Of a stretch of 64,000 nt of DNA, positions 28,867-39,200 are shown piece by piece. A program made the translations under genes and the position numbers. Every line of letters starts with the position of its first letter. Positions within the stretch are counted from its first letter, which is position 1. The notes below the pieces were generated by a model, which saw only the letters and a list, made by a program, of their open reading frames with translations, was not told the origin of the DNA and searched no databases. This DNA is from a bacterium (GTDB taxonomy: Bacteria; Actinomycetota; Acidimicrobiia; Spongiisociales; ZC4RG35): contig JAPPFC010000055.1 in NCBI GenBank assembly GCA_028824015.1, positions 109,083-173,082 of the forward strand, given 5' to 3'.

Positions 28867-29628
28867 CTAGTGATCGGCGCCGTTTTGGAGGCTACGTTGG
28901 CAAAATATGGCAGGCGCCCACCGACGAAGTGTGGCGACTCGCGGAGGAGTGAGGGCCAAGACCAGCGCCTCCGCGCCGGCTTCCACCCTCCTCAACAGGG
29001 TGCGCCGGAGAGTACCGACTGAACAGGCGGTGTCCAGCAGACCTCCCCAACTAATCGATACCGAGGGATTCAACTTCTTCATCTGGTCCACGGCAGCCTC
29101 GAAGTTCGCAGGTTTGCCGCCCCAGGCGTTCCAACCGTCGGCCAGTTCGGCCGCCACCTCTCGCACCTCGCGGCTCCATCCCCCCACCCACACCTCGATG
29201 CCCGGGGTCCGCGCCCGTACGGCGGCGATGGTTTCTCTCAGAAGCGTTATGCGTTCGGGAAAGGCGGGTTGAGAAATCCCCAGCCGGTCGCCTTCGTTGC
29301 GTGACCTGGAGTCGCCCACCCCCAAACCGATCAGGGGAGGCGCCCGGCAGATGGCGGCCAGAGTACCTGCCACATCGGCCGTGTAGGAGGGGGAGCGGAG
29401 CGCCGCCTGCAACACCAGCGAACCGACGCGGCGCTCGGCCACGGCCGCCACCATGCCGAGTGCTGCCGTGGCTTCCAGCACCGGAGATGTCGGACGGCGC
29501 CAGCCGGCCAGATGATCTGTGGCCACCACCCCGGTCAGACCGAGCGCCTCCGACTCTCTCACCATCCCGACGAGTTCCCGGGGAGACGACTGAAAGAGAG
29601 GCAGCACCGTCCAGACGGGAAGGTTCAT
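28867..29628 (-). CDS. LLM-class flavin-dependent oxidoreductase (short)
   Basis: TDH, GLGVG, VWVGG, AAELADGWN motifs. Confidence 0.75.
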   Translation of the reverse strand: MNLPVWTVLPLFQSSPRELVGMVRESEALGLTGVVATDHLAGWRRPTSPVLEATAALGMVAAVAERRVGSLVLQAALRSPSYTADVAGTLAAICRAPPLIGLGVGDSRSRNEGDRLGISQPAFPERITLLRETIAAVRARTPGIEVWVGGWSREVREVAAELADGWNAWGGKPANFEAAVDQMKKLNPSVSISWGGLLDTACSVGTLRRTLLRRVEAGAEALVLALTPPRVATLRRWAPAIFCQRSLQNGADH

Positions 29629-29638
29629 TGCCTCGGAT

Positions 29639-30046
29639 TCACTCTCCCACCAGCCACCGGATCATCCACCGCACCCTCCTGGGCATGAATTCAATCAGCA
29701 GCTCCACGCCTAGGAGTATCCGTCCCAGTGCCTCCGGTTCGCCGTCCCAGTGCTCGGCGACCACCTCTTCGGGCGCGGCCTTGATGAGCACCGCCAAGGC
29801 CACAACCACCGCCAACATGTCATCAACCAGTCCCACCACCGGAATCACGTCCGGAATCAGATCCAGGGGGATCACCGCATAGGCGGCCAGGGCCGCCGCC
29901 ACGCGCTTGGCGCGCACCGGAACCCTCGGGTCTCGAGAGAGCCGGGCCACCAGCTTGGCGAACTGCGGCAGGGCGGAAACCAACCCGGCTACGGTCCTCA
30001 CCACCAGGTACCGACCTACCGCGGAGTCTCTATGGGAGGCGCTCAT
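29639..30046 (-). CDS. YkvA/DUF1232 family membrane protein
   Basis: DPRVP, YAVIPLDLIPDVIPVVGLVDD; ATGA overlap. Confidence 0.88.
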   Translation of the reverse strand: MSASHRDSAVGRYLVVRTVAGLVSALPQFAKLVARLSRDPRVPVRAKRVAAALAAYAVIPLDLIPDVIPVVGLVDDMLAVVVALAVLIKAAPEEVVAEHWDGEPEALGRILLGVELLIEFMPRRVRWMIRWLVGE

Positions 30047-30840
30047 CCGATCTCCGCCCGAAGACCGTCCGACACTCCGTCCGCCGACAGCCTCACCGGC
30101 CGGCGCGTGGCGCGGAAATACCCGACGTTGCGACACAGGGTGTCTCCCACCCGCCACTGGTGGGCCTGTGGCTGGTGGACATCCCCGAAGAAGTGGTACC
30201 GGGGGCGCACCTCCAGCAGGTAGTCGAGAATCGGACGGGATGCCCGCTCGAACTTTCCCGTCACCACATCGAAGTGCAGGGCCGGCACCGCCGGAGCAAG
30301 ATGGGTGCAGAGAATGTCCACCTCCCCCAGGGCGGCCAGCTTGTCCGCCATCTCTTGGTCCGAAACCTCCCCGGAGGCATTCATGGGAGTGGTCAACCCT
30401 CCGCCGGCAAAGCCCACCCTGTGACCTTCGATCACCACCACCTCGCCATCCACGAACCTGGATCCCTCCGGGAGGCTCCGGCGTAGCATCTCCGGGCGGT
30501 CGACGTTCCCGTAGGTCACGTACGACTCCGACGCCTCCAGGGCCTGCGCCATCAGCCGGTACTGCTTCTTGACCTCCTCGGTCAACGCACCGCGGAACCA
30601 CTCGCGGCGGTCACCGACCTTCTCCGCCCACAGCGATCGCATCTCCTCGAATCGCGATCCTCCCCGTGAGGCTGCGATTCTCCGGGCGAAGTCGATTCCG
30701 AGGACTTCGGCGAAGATGCCTTCCCCGGTCCGGTAATCCACCAGGTTGATCAGGTCCCCCAAGACGAGGAGGGGTTCCCCCCTCGAAGCCACCTCCGCCA
30801 GGGCGGAGAAGCGGCCGTGGATGTCCGACACCAGCAACAC
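30043..30840 (-). CDS. Metallophosphoesterase family protein
   Basis: SDIHG, LGDL, GNVD, TH, GDVHQP motifs. Confidence 0.85.
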   Translation of the reverse strand: MLLVSDIHGRFSALAEVASRGEPLLVLGDLINLVDYRTGEGIFAEVLGIDFARRIAASRGGSRFEEMRSLWAEKVGDRREWFRGALTEEVKKQYRLMAQALEASESYVTYGNVDRPEMLRRSLPEGSRFVDGEVVVIEGHRVGFAGGGLTTPMNASGEVSDQEMADKLAALGEVDILCTHLAPAVPALHFDVVTGKFERASRPILDYLLEVRPRYHFFGDVHQPQAHQWRVGDTLCRNVGYFRATRRPVRLSADGVSDGLRAEIG

Positions 30841-30846
30841 GACGAA

Positions 30847-32520
30847 TCAGAAGTGGTTGGTGACCGCCCCGTTCTCCGCGCCGCCCACCAGGTTGGCGTA
30901 CTTGGCGAGGGCGCCGGAGGGGTAGCGGACCGGGGCCGGCTCCCACCCCGCCCTTCTCTGTTCCAGCACATCGTCGGCCACCAGGAGGTCCAGCCGGCGG
31001 GCCGCCACATCCACTTTGATGCGGTCCCCCTCCTCCACCAGGCCGATCGGCCCTCCCACCTCGGACTCGGGGGCGACGTGGCCGATGCACAGGCCGGTGG
31101 TGCCGCCGGAGAAGCGCCCGTCGGTTATCAGCAGGACGTCCGATCCCAGTCCCGCTCCCTTGATGGCGGCGGTGATGGCAAGCATCTCCCGCATGCCCGG
31201 GCCGCCGCGCGGGCCCTCGGTCCGGATCACCAACACCTCCCCGGGATGAATGTTCCCCGAGAAGAGCGCCGCCAGGGCGCCCTGTTCCCCGTCGAAGACC
31301 CGGGCCGGACCCTCGAATATCTCGAGGGCTACCCCGGCCACTTTGACCACGGCTCCGTTCGGCGCCAGGGAACCTCGCAGGATGGCGATGCCGCCCTCGG
31401 CGGCGATAGGATCGGAGGCTGGACGCAGCACGTCCTGGTCGGTTGGGGCCCTTACATCCCTGAGGTTTTCGGCCATGGTCCTTCCGGTGGCCGTCAGGCA
31501 GTCGCCGTGCAGCAACCCTTCTTCCCAGAGGACCTTCAGCACCACGGGGACCCCTCCGAGATGGTCGACGTCCACCATGTGATACCTGCCGAACGGCTTC
31601 AGGTCGCCGATGTGGGGAGTCCGCCGGCTGATGCGGTCGAAGTCCTCCAGTTCCAACTCCACTCCGGCCTCATGCGCCAGGGCCATGAGATGAAGCACCG
31701 CATTGGTGGAACCGCCCAACGCCATCACGGTGGTGATGGCGTTCTCGAAGGCCGGCCGGGTCATGATCTGGCGGGGCCGTATTCCCTCTCTGAGGAGATT
31801 CATCACCGCTTCGCCGCTCTGGCGCGCATACACCCCCAAGCGGGTGTCGACCGCGGGGACCGAAGCGGACCCGGGGAGGGACATCCCGATCGCTTCCCCA
31901 ACCGAAGCCATGGTGTTGGCTGTGAACATCCCCGCGCAGGAACCGGCGCCCGGACAGGCGTTGCGTTCGATTTCGTCAAGGTCCTCGGCGCTGATACGCC
32001 CCTGAGACTCGGCTCCGATCCCCTCGAAAACGTCGACGATGGAGATGTCCCGGCCCCGATAGCGGCCGGGTAGGCTCGATCCACCATACAGAAACACCGC
32101 CGGCAGGTTGGAGCGGGCCGCCGCCATGAGCATGCCCGGCAGGGACTTATCGCATCCGGCGATGGTCACCAGGGCGTCGAATCGCTCGGCGTGCACCATC
32201 AATTCCACCGAGTCGGCGATCACTTCCCGGGAGACGAGCGAGGCTCGCATCCCCTCGTGGCCCATCGAGATGCCGTCCGAGACCGCAATCGTGGCGAATG
32301 AAAGCCCGACGCCGCCCCCAACCCGTACCCCTTCCTTGGCCCGCTCGGCGAGTACCGGGCCGGTTATGTTGCAGGGCGTGACCTCGTTCCCCGCCGACAC
32401 CACGCCTACCTGTGGCTTGGTGAAGTCCTCATCGGAGAGGCCGACCGCCCGGAGCATGGCCCGCGCCCCGGCGCGGGCGGGACCCTCTGTTACGTCCTGG
32501 GAGTGAATCTTGAGCGACAT
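30847..32520 (-). CDS. ilvD: Dihydroxy-acid dehydratase
   Basis: [47 protein letters not shown]; TATTAT 6 nt before ATG 32520. Confidence 0.96.
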   Translation of the reverse strand: MSLKIHSQDVTEGPARAGARAMLRAVGLSDEDFTKPQVGVVSAGNEVTPCNITGPVLAERAKEGVRVGGGVGLSFATIAVSDGISMGHEGMRASLVSREVIADSVELMVHAERFDALVTIAGCDKSLPGMLMAAARSNLPAVFLYGGSSLPGRYRGRDISIVDVFEGIGAESQGRISAEDLDEIERNACPGAGSCAGMFTANTMASVGEAIGMSLPGSASVPAVDTRLGVYARQSGEAVMNLLREGIRPRQIMTRPAFENAITTVMALGGSTNAVLHLMALAHEAGVELELEDFDRISRRTPHIGDLKPFGRYHMVDVDHLGGVPVVLKVLWEEGLLHGDCLTATGRTMAENLRDVRAPTDQDVLRPASDPIAAEGGIAILRGSLAPNGAVVKVAGVALEIFEGPARVFDGEQGALAALFSGNIHPGEVLVIRTEGPRGGPGMREMLAITAAIKGAGLGSDVLLITDGRFSGGTTGLCIGHVAPESEVGGPIGLVEEGDRIKVDVAARRLDLLVADDVLEQRRAGWEPAPVRYPSGALAKYANLVGGAENGAVTNHF

Positions 32521-32891
32521 ATCCCGATAATAAGCCGTGGCCCATAATTCAACCCAGCTTCCGACGGTTGCCATAAGGAGGCGCTGGAGAATAGCCACCG
32601 CCATCTGCGGCCACTCGCATTGCAGATTGTTCTTGTCACACCTACCTGCGAAAATGATGATTACGTGAAGGTACCCAACTGTGTCAGTTCCGCAACCATT
32701 GAGGCATCGTCCTTGCCTATGCCGTCGGACCACCCTTGGGAGGGGTTGATCTTCATTGTTGGCGGTCCCCCTACGACACCTGGCAGTACCGCAAGGGCAA
32801 GAAACCCCGCTGTCACAATCACAGAATTCTCTGTCTTTCCTGTAGTGCATGAAGTCCCCGTCCGCTTTTGCTGTTGGGAAGGCTCCAGGTT

Positions 32892-35800
32892 GTGACAAGG
32901 GATGGTCCTAGCCAAGGGCCTTGGCGTAGCCCTAGATCTCTCGAAGGTGAACTCAGACCTTTGTTGCGGGATGTTGGCCTCATAGCAGAACTAGATCTTT
33001 CGCAGTCGGGCAATGTCTACGAAAGTGCCCGAAGGGCCTTTGGGAGGTTGATATCCCGGGGGATGATCGACTCTCTTGCCAGGGTCTGCCCGGCGGCGAC
33101 CGCGATCTTCTTGGTAGCTGAAGGGGTCCACCGCTACAAGGGAGGAACATTCTGGCCGAACCTTTCCGTCAAGGGCATCAGCACCAACCAGCAGAATGCT
33201 GTTGGGGAGCAGTTCCTAAGGTCGCTCATGCGATTGCGACTCAACACCTTTGAGGATGTTGTGCACCGCGAGAACGCGTTGCCATTCTTGACTCCGATTC
33301 TGCTTCATGGAGGAATTCCCGCCGACTCGGCGAGTGCCGTCTGGGCGTGCCTGATTGAGGAGATGCGATGGGGTCAGGACGATGCTGGCCGCATCATGGC
33401 TCGGTGGCGGCGCTACCCCTACTTTCTTCAGGGGGTGGGCAAACCGGCCGAGCGGTTCATTCTTCACGGTGGCGACTTCGCAGTAGACCTCATTCAGCGG
33501 ATGATCCAATTGGCGGACGACGTAGCCGCCCTGGGCAAGACTGAGGCCCTTCAAATAGGCGCAGCCGCACTTGCTGCTGACGCCGCTTTACCCCGATACT
33601 TGGCTGAGAGGCTCCTTGAGGGATCAAGTGAACCACACCTCTTGGGGCCCCGTCCCCCCAGACCGCGGGTGGTTCTTGATCCATATAGTGGGGAGGGTCC
33701 CCGCTTGTTGCTACCACCGTCGCTAGCTATGTCAGGCAATTGGCGAGTCTTCTGGAACGGGCGGCAAGAGGCTTACCCAACATCCTTTTACGACGAGCGC
33801 CAAGTTCCTCTCGACCCAGCAGCAGTCTGGGAAGTCACCTTTCTCAACAACTACGCGGAACGGACAACCACCCTTGGTCCCATGGAAGACGTACCTGTTT
33901 ACGTTTTCGACCACACCGATGAACTCTCGCAAAACCAGACCACCTTCCGAGGCGAATCCGTTCTTATCCTCGCGTCCAGGAGCGTGTCCTTCTTCACAAA
34001 CAGGGACCTAAGCGCAACGGTGCCAGAGGTAGAGGAACTGCCCGGGTTGACCGGTACCTGGTCCGGATGGCAGGCACGCCGCCTCAACATCACTGGCCTG
34101 ACAGAGATAGTGATTTCCGGCGTGTCTCGCACTGGAGAAACCCTTCGAGAGACGGTGGGTGTGGTGGGGTCCACCGGCAGACCCCGCCTTCTCGACAACC
34201 ATCTCCCGGGTGTGAGTGATGCCAATGGAGGTTTGGTTTTCAGCCAGCCCCCGCGGGTGAGGGTCGACTTAGGAACGACGTCCCGACAAGCATGGCGGAT
34301 CCGCTTCCGCGCATCGAGGTCCTCACCGGTAGTCACCCTGGCAGACCTAGAAGCCGACTCATCGGACCCCTGCGTCTTTGATCTCTCTCCCTTAGTCGAC
34401 TTTCAGGGAGTTGCCAGTGGATACATTGAGGTCCTCGGACCCCTTGGATCCGACCTGCGCACTCCGGTCACGATCGTGCCGGGTCTCAAGATCAGCATGC
34501 CGGATCACATCGTTGGCCCGGATGAGTCTCTACCCATTCGTATATCAGCAGATGTTCCTCTAGATGGCCACACATTGACACAGATTGAGATCGCATTTCC
34601 CCCGGGCGAGTACACATCCCGTATATCGGCAGGCGTGGAGAATGTTGAGCTTCTGGTGTCGGTACCACGCCTGGTCTGGGCATTTCGGCATCGGGAAGGC
34701 CTACTGCCCTCCTACGGGACAAGAGCTAGGAGCATCACCCTTGATGAGTTTGTAAACGGAAACGTCGAGGCTGTTCTCGTCCGGGTCGGAAGGCCTTCGG
34801 CGGTGCGTCTTGAACTCCATGCGGCAGATCTAATCCAGACGTCGCAGGAGAAGGCCAGTGGAGTTGAGGGGCGCTGGGCTTTCCCTCTTGCGGAGTTCAA
34901 GACATCGGCAGCTCACGCCCAAGCAGCTCGGCTTTATCTGAGGGTCCTGTGCCAAGACGTCAAAGCCGACCTAGCCGTGATAGAGGCAGCCCACGAGGTC
35001 TCCGATATCAGCATTCGAAGCGGCGTCAACGTCGGTGGCGACGCCACTATCCAGGTCCGTTGGAGGGAGAACATTGCTTACAAAGACCGGGAAGTCCGGT
35101 TGTGGTCAGACCATCGCCCTTGGGAACCCCCAACCACGATTCCGGTGCCTGATGCCAACCGTGGGTACTGCGAGTTCGAGAAGCTTATTCCACCTGGACC
35201 TTACCTGCTGGAGGTCGGAATCAAAGACCCGTGGACCTCTCCAACGAGGCCATTGGCGCCAGTCCCATACGCCACCCAGGTAACTATTGGAACGACAGAC
35301 GACCTCCGGCGTCACTTAACGACTCTGAATACCTGTGACCGTTTATCGGCACTCGAACTGGAGCTTGCAGGGCGAGGCCCTATCAGAGACCTTGACGAGG
35401 GACAGGTGGAGAGCATCCTCCAAGAACTCCAAGTGGCTTTGTTTAGTCGCCATCGCTTGGCCGGACCAAGCTGTGCCTCTGATCAGGTCTTCGGGAGACT
35501 AAGTGAACTGGCCCTCTACGAAACTAGCCACCTGGCAGAAATGATCTCCAGGATTGAAGACATCTCGGCTGCCGATTTAGCTCGCCTTCTTGTCACTCTG
35601 GTTCAGGGCATCATTGATTGTGCTCCTCAAGGAATCGCAGAGCCTGTTCTAGAACGGCTCTGGAGGATGAGTCCGGTAGCTGGTGCGGCGTTTGACACTT
35701 ATCGAAGTGGGGATGAGCGATGTGCAGGTCGGTGGCTGTCTTTTACCGGCTGGAATCCGACGGTCCGTTCCAGTAGCGAAACCAACATTGATGACTCAAG

Positions 35801-36248
35801 ACAACTCCCATTTGGAGGAGGGCCGATCCAGACCCCCTTCCACACCTACAATCCTGGGCAACTCCGGGACCACGCTTCAGAATTGAGGCCTAGCGAAGTC
35901 CGAGTGCTGAAATGGAGTGGGCACTTCCAAGCAACGCTGGACTTCCTGAGCCGCACATACGATAACCGGGCGCAGGTCGAGCGATGGCAGGTCCAATACG
36001 GGGGCCTAACCACGGACACCCGCTGTTTCCAGCCTTTGCACGTTTCCTACCTACGGAATCTAAATCTCAAGAGCCGCATGCCGGGTTGGTGCCGGTTTCC
36101 CCAAGATCTGATGGCATGCGCGTTTCACCTTTTGATCTTTGGCGGCAAGAGCGAGCGCGCAACTAGAGGTCTGTGGGACGCTTTGGAGTTCGCGCCCGAA
36201 CTCGCCAACCGGAGTCTGCTCGTAGCCATCATCCTTCACCTATCCTGA
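32892..36248 (+). CDS. Large uncharacterised protein, DruH-like partner of YprA/DUF1998 helicase (putative defence)
   Basis: ~1120-aa ORF (ORF from 32868; GTG 32892 preceded by GGAAGG) with YKGGTFW and ILLHGGIP motifs and a beta-rich middle; 10 bp upstream of helicase. Confidence 0.6.
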   Translation: MTRDGPSQGPWRSPRSLEGELRPLLRDVGLIAELDLSQSGNVYESARRAFGRLISRGMIDSLARVCPAATAIFLVAEGVHRYKGGTFWPNLSVKGISTNQQNAVGEQFLRSLMRLRLNTFEDVVHRENALPFLTPILLHGGIPADSASAVWACLIEEMRWGQDDAGRIMARWRRYPYFLQGVGKPAERFILHGGDFAVDLIQRMIQLADDVAALGKTEALQIGAAALAADAALPRYLAERLLEGSSEPHLLGPRPPRPRVVLDPYSGEGPRLLLPPSLAMSGNWRVFWNGRQEAYPTSFYDERQVPLDPAAVWEVTFLNNYAERTTTLGPMEDVPVYVFDHTDELSQNQTTFRGESVLILASRSVSFFTNRDLSATVPEVEELPGLTGTWSGWQARRLNITGLTEIVISGVSRTGETLRETVGVVGSTGRPRLLDNHLPGVSDANGGLVFSQPPRVRVDLGTTSRQAWRIRFRASRSSPVVTLADLEADSSDPCVFDLSPLVDFQGVASGYIEVLGPLGSDLRTPVTIVPGLKISMPDHIVGPDESLPIRISADVPLDGHTLTQIEIAFPPGEYTSRISAGVENVELLVSVPRLVWAFRHREGLLPSYGTRARSITLDEFVNGNVEAVLVRVGRPSAVRLELHAADLIQTSQEKASGVEGRWAFPLAEFKTSAAHAQAARLYLRVLCQDVKADLAVIEAAHEVSDISIRSGVNVGGDATIQVRWRENIAYKDREVRLWSDHRPWEPPTTIPVPDANRGYCEFEKLIPPGPYLLEVGIKDPWTSPTRPLAPVPYATQVTIGTTDDLRRHLTTLNTCDRLSALELELAGRGPIRDLDEGQVESILQELQVALFSRHRLAGPSCASDQVFGRLSELALYETSHLAEMISRIEDISAADLARLLVTLVQGIIDCAPQGIAEPVLERLWRMSPVAGAAFDTYRSGDERCAGRWLSFTGWNPTVRSSSETNIDDSRQLPFGGGPIQTPFHTYNPGQLRDHASELRPSEVRVLKWSGHFQATLDFLSRTYDNRAQVERWQVQYGGLTTDTRCFQPLHVSYLRNLNLKSRMPGWCRFPQDLMACAFHLLIFGGKSERATRGLWDALEFAPELANRSLLVAIILHLS

Positions 36249-36258
36249 CCGCGAGACA

Positions 36259-39200
36259 GTGGACACCTACTTCCTCAATCCCCTAACTGCCTCAACTCGG
36301 ATCAGCGATTCCTATAAGCGATACCTGCGATCACGCCACGCTCCACAAGATCCACAGTTGCGAAGGGACTTCTATCACGCACTCGACAACGGTTTCCCGC
36401 TTTCTCGGGGACCCCTACTTCAGGCCTCCGCTCCTTTCGAGACCGTTAGCACAATCAAAGAGCTGATTGACGAAGGGATCCTCAACGAAGGTTTAAGCCA
36501 ATTGCCGTCATCAGCTTTTCCGATCGACAGGCCTCTTTACCATCACCAGAATCAGGCGATACGCAAACTTGCAGCAGGTCGCAACCTGATCATCGCCACC
36601 GGCACGGGATCCGGCAAGACGGAGTGCTTCTTGTTTCCGATCCTGCACCACCTTCTTGACGAGCGAGATGCGGGCACCATTCACACGGCAGGTGTTCGCT
36701 CGCTCCTGCTCTATCCAATGAATGCCTTGGCGAATGATCAAATGAAACGTCTGCGGCAAATCCTGCAGGCTTTTCCCGACATCACATTCGGCCGGTTCAT
36801 CGGCGACACCCGTGATTCGTACCGGAAAGCCCTAGATATCTATCAAGACCGATTCGACTGCGACCCGATGCCAAATGAGCTGATCAGTCGTGACCAGATG
36901 AGAGAGAGACCGCCGCACATTCTGCTCACCAACTATGCCATGCTCGAGTACCTGCTTCTAAGGCCGGCTGACACCAGGCTTTTCGATGGCGCGACCGGTC
37001 AACACTGGCGGTTCATAGTGCTTGACGAGGTTCATGTCTACAACGGCGCCCAAGGAGCGGAGATCGCAATGCTGCTCCGGCGCCTTCGCGATCGTGTGAA
37101 CGGGAGCAAGCGGGGGCTCATCCAGTACGTTGGCACGTCGGCAACCCTGGGCAGTGAATACGAATACCCGGCTCTCGCTGAATATGGGCAGGATCTCTTC
37201 GATGAGCGCCTTGAGTATCAGCCCGGCGCGGCGATGAGACAGGACATCATCGGCCCTGTCAAGAGGCCGCTCGTGCAAGGGCAAGCCATGTGGACAGCCA
37301 ACCCAGAAACCTTCGAGGACATGTCCCGTCAACTTGCCGCAGGTGACACCGTCTCTGCGTCGCTCCTATCGCGGATAGCCTCGATGGGAGCCCCTCAACC
37401 GGCAGCGGGACAAGACCCGCTTGCCTATCTTGGTGAGGCTCTAACCACGGAGCGCCATGTGGTACAACTCCAGGGTTTGCTCGAAACAAGGTCCATCGAC
37501 CTCACCGAAGCCGCGGATAACCTGTTTGGTGAGGGATCGGAAGCGGCGCTGATCCACCTTCTGGAAGCGTCCTCCCGCATCGAAACCCCCCGTGCTGAAG
37601 GTCCCGTCATCCCTTCTCGCTACCACTTCCTCTTGCGCGCCCTCGAAGGCGCATTCATCTGCCAGTCTCCAGAACATCCATCCGACCGACCACGACTTCG
37701 CCTCAATCGCCACAGAACCTGTCCCGACTGCTCGGAGGGAGGAGTCACGTCGCAAATGTTCGAATCCGGTGTCTGCGCCAAGTGCGGAGCAGCGTACCTA
37801 GTTGGCATACGCCGACCCCGGGGCAGAAGCACCTTCCTGGAATCGGCTAGGCCCTTTACAACCAACCTCACCTATTTGCTGTTGGAAGAGGAAGTCTTAA
37901 CAGACGATGAAGACGAAGCGGCTTCAGTCCACGACGACCTCATAGCGGCCAACGTCGACAAGAGGGTGCTCTGCGCTGCATGCGGTTCGCTGACTGAGGG
38001 TCCTGAGTCTTCTTGCGATTGCGGCGTCTATCAAGAGGTTCGAGTAACCGTTGCTCATCCGTCAAAACCCGGAGAGCCACTGCGGAGATGCCTCGCCTGC
38101 TCAGGACGCAGCAACGCTCCGATAGTTCTCCGCTTCCTAACGGGCCAAGACGCCCCCGTCTCCGTGATAGCCACCGCTCTGTACCAATCGATTCCACCCA
38201 GCTCAGAGTCCGGCAAAAAGGTCAAGATCGGTGAAGGGCGCAAACTCCTTTCCTTCTCAGACTCTCGGCAGGACGCCGCTTTCTTCGCGCCCTACCTCGA
38301 CCGCACCTATTCCCGAGCCATAGAGCGTCGCCTCATTTGGCAAGTAGCCCAGCGATTACACGAATTGTCCCCCCGCTTCGAGGACTTAGTCACTCCAATC
38401 CGAAGAGATGCCGAATCAGCGCTTGTTCTCGATGAGGATGATGGGCCCTTACGGAACACCACTCGAGTCCGGACCTGGCTGATGAGAGAAGTCTTGGCAG
38501 TTGACCGTCGGCAGAGCCTCGACGGCGTCGGATTAGCTGAGATCACCTTCGCACTGCCAAGGGGCCTTAGCGAGGTACCGGCACTAACCGAACTCGGATT
38601 CACACGTGATGAAACATTCGACCTCGCGCGAGTGCTCTTCGACACACTCCGTATGCAGGGTGCAGTTCACCTACCGGAAGGCGTTGATATCACCGATCCG
38701 ATCTTCGCTCCCCGAAACGTCGTCACGACAGTTCGTCTAGAGAAGAGGGGCCCCAGAATCCTCTCCTGGTTGCCGGGCGCTGGCTTGAACCGACGGCTTG
38801 ACTACCTCCGCAAGGTGTTGACACGCCGAGGCATCGAGAGAGATGCACGGGAACTTCTGGAGCAGATGTGGACTCGATGGATAGCCAAACCGAACGGGCC
38901 TTGGAGCAAGGTCCTAACTCGGGTCGACAGCAAACGGCACGGGATAACCCTTGCCATGAACCCGGAGTGGGTGACTATGCGTCTACCCACGGACGAAGCA
39001 CCGGCATTCCGCTGTGGCTTGTGCCGACAGATCTGGTGGCGGTCAATCAGCAACGTGTGTCCGACCTATACATGTGAAGGCGTTCTCGAACCATTCACTA
39101 CACCCACGGCCCAAAGAGATGAGCACTACCGACATCTGTACACCACACTCGATCCAATTGGGTTACGCGTCGAAGAGCACACCGGTCAGCTTGATGCCAC

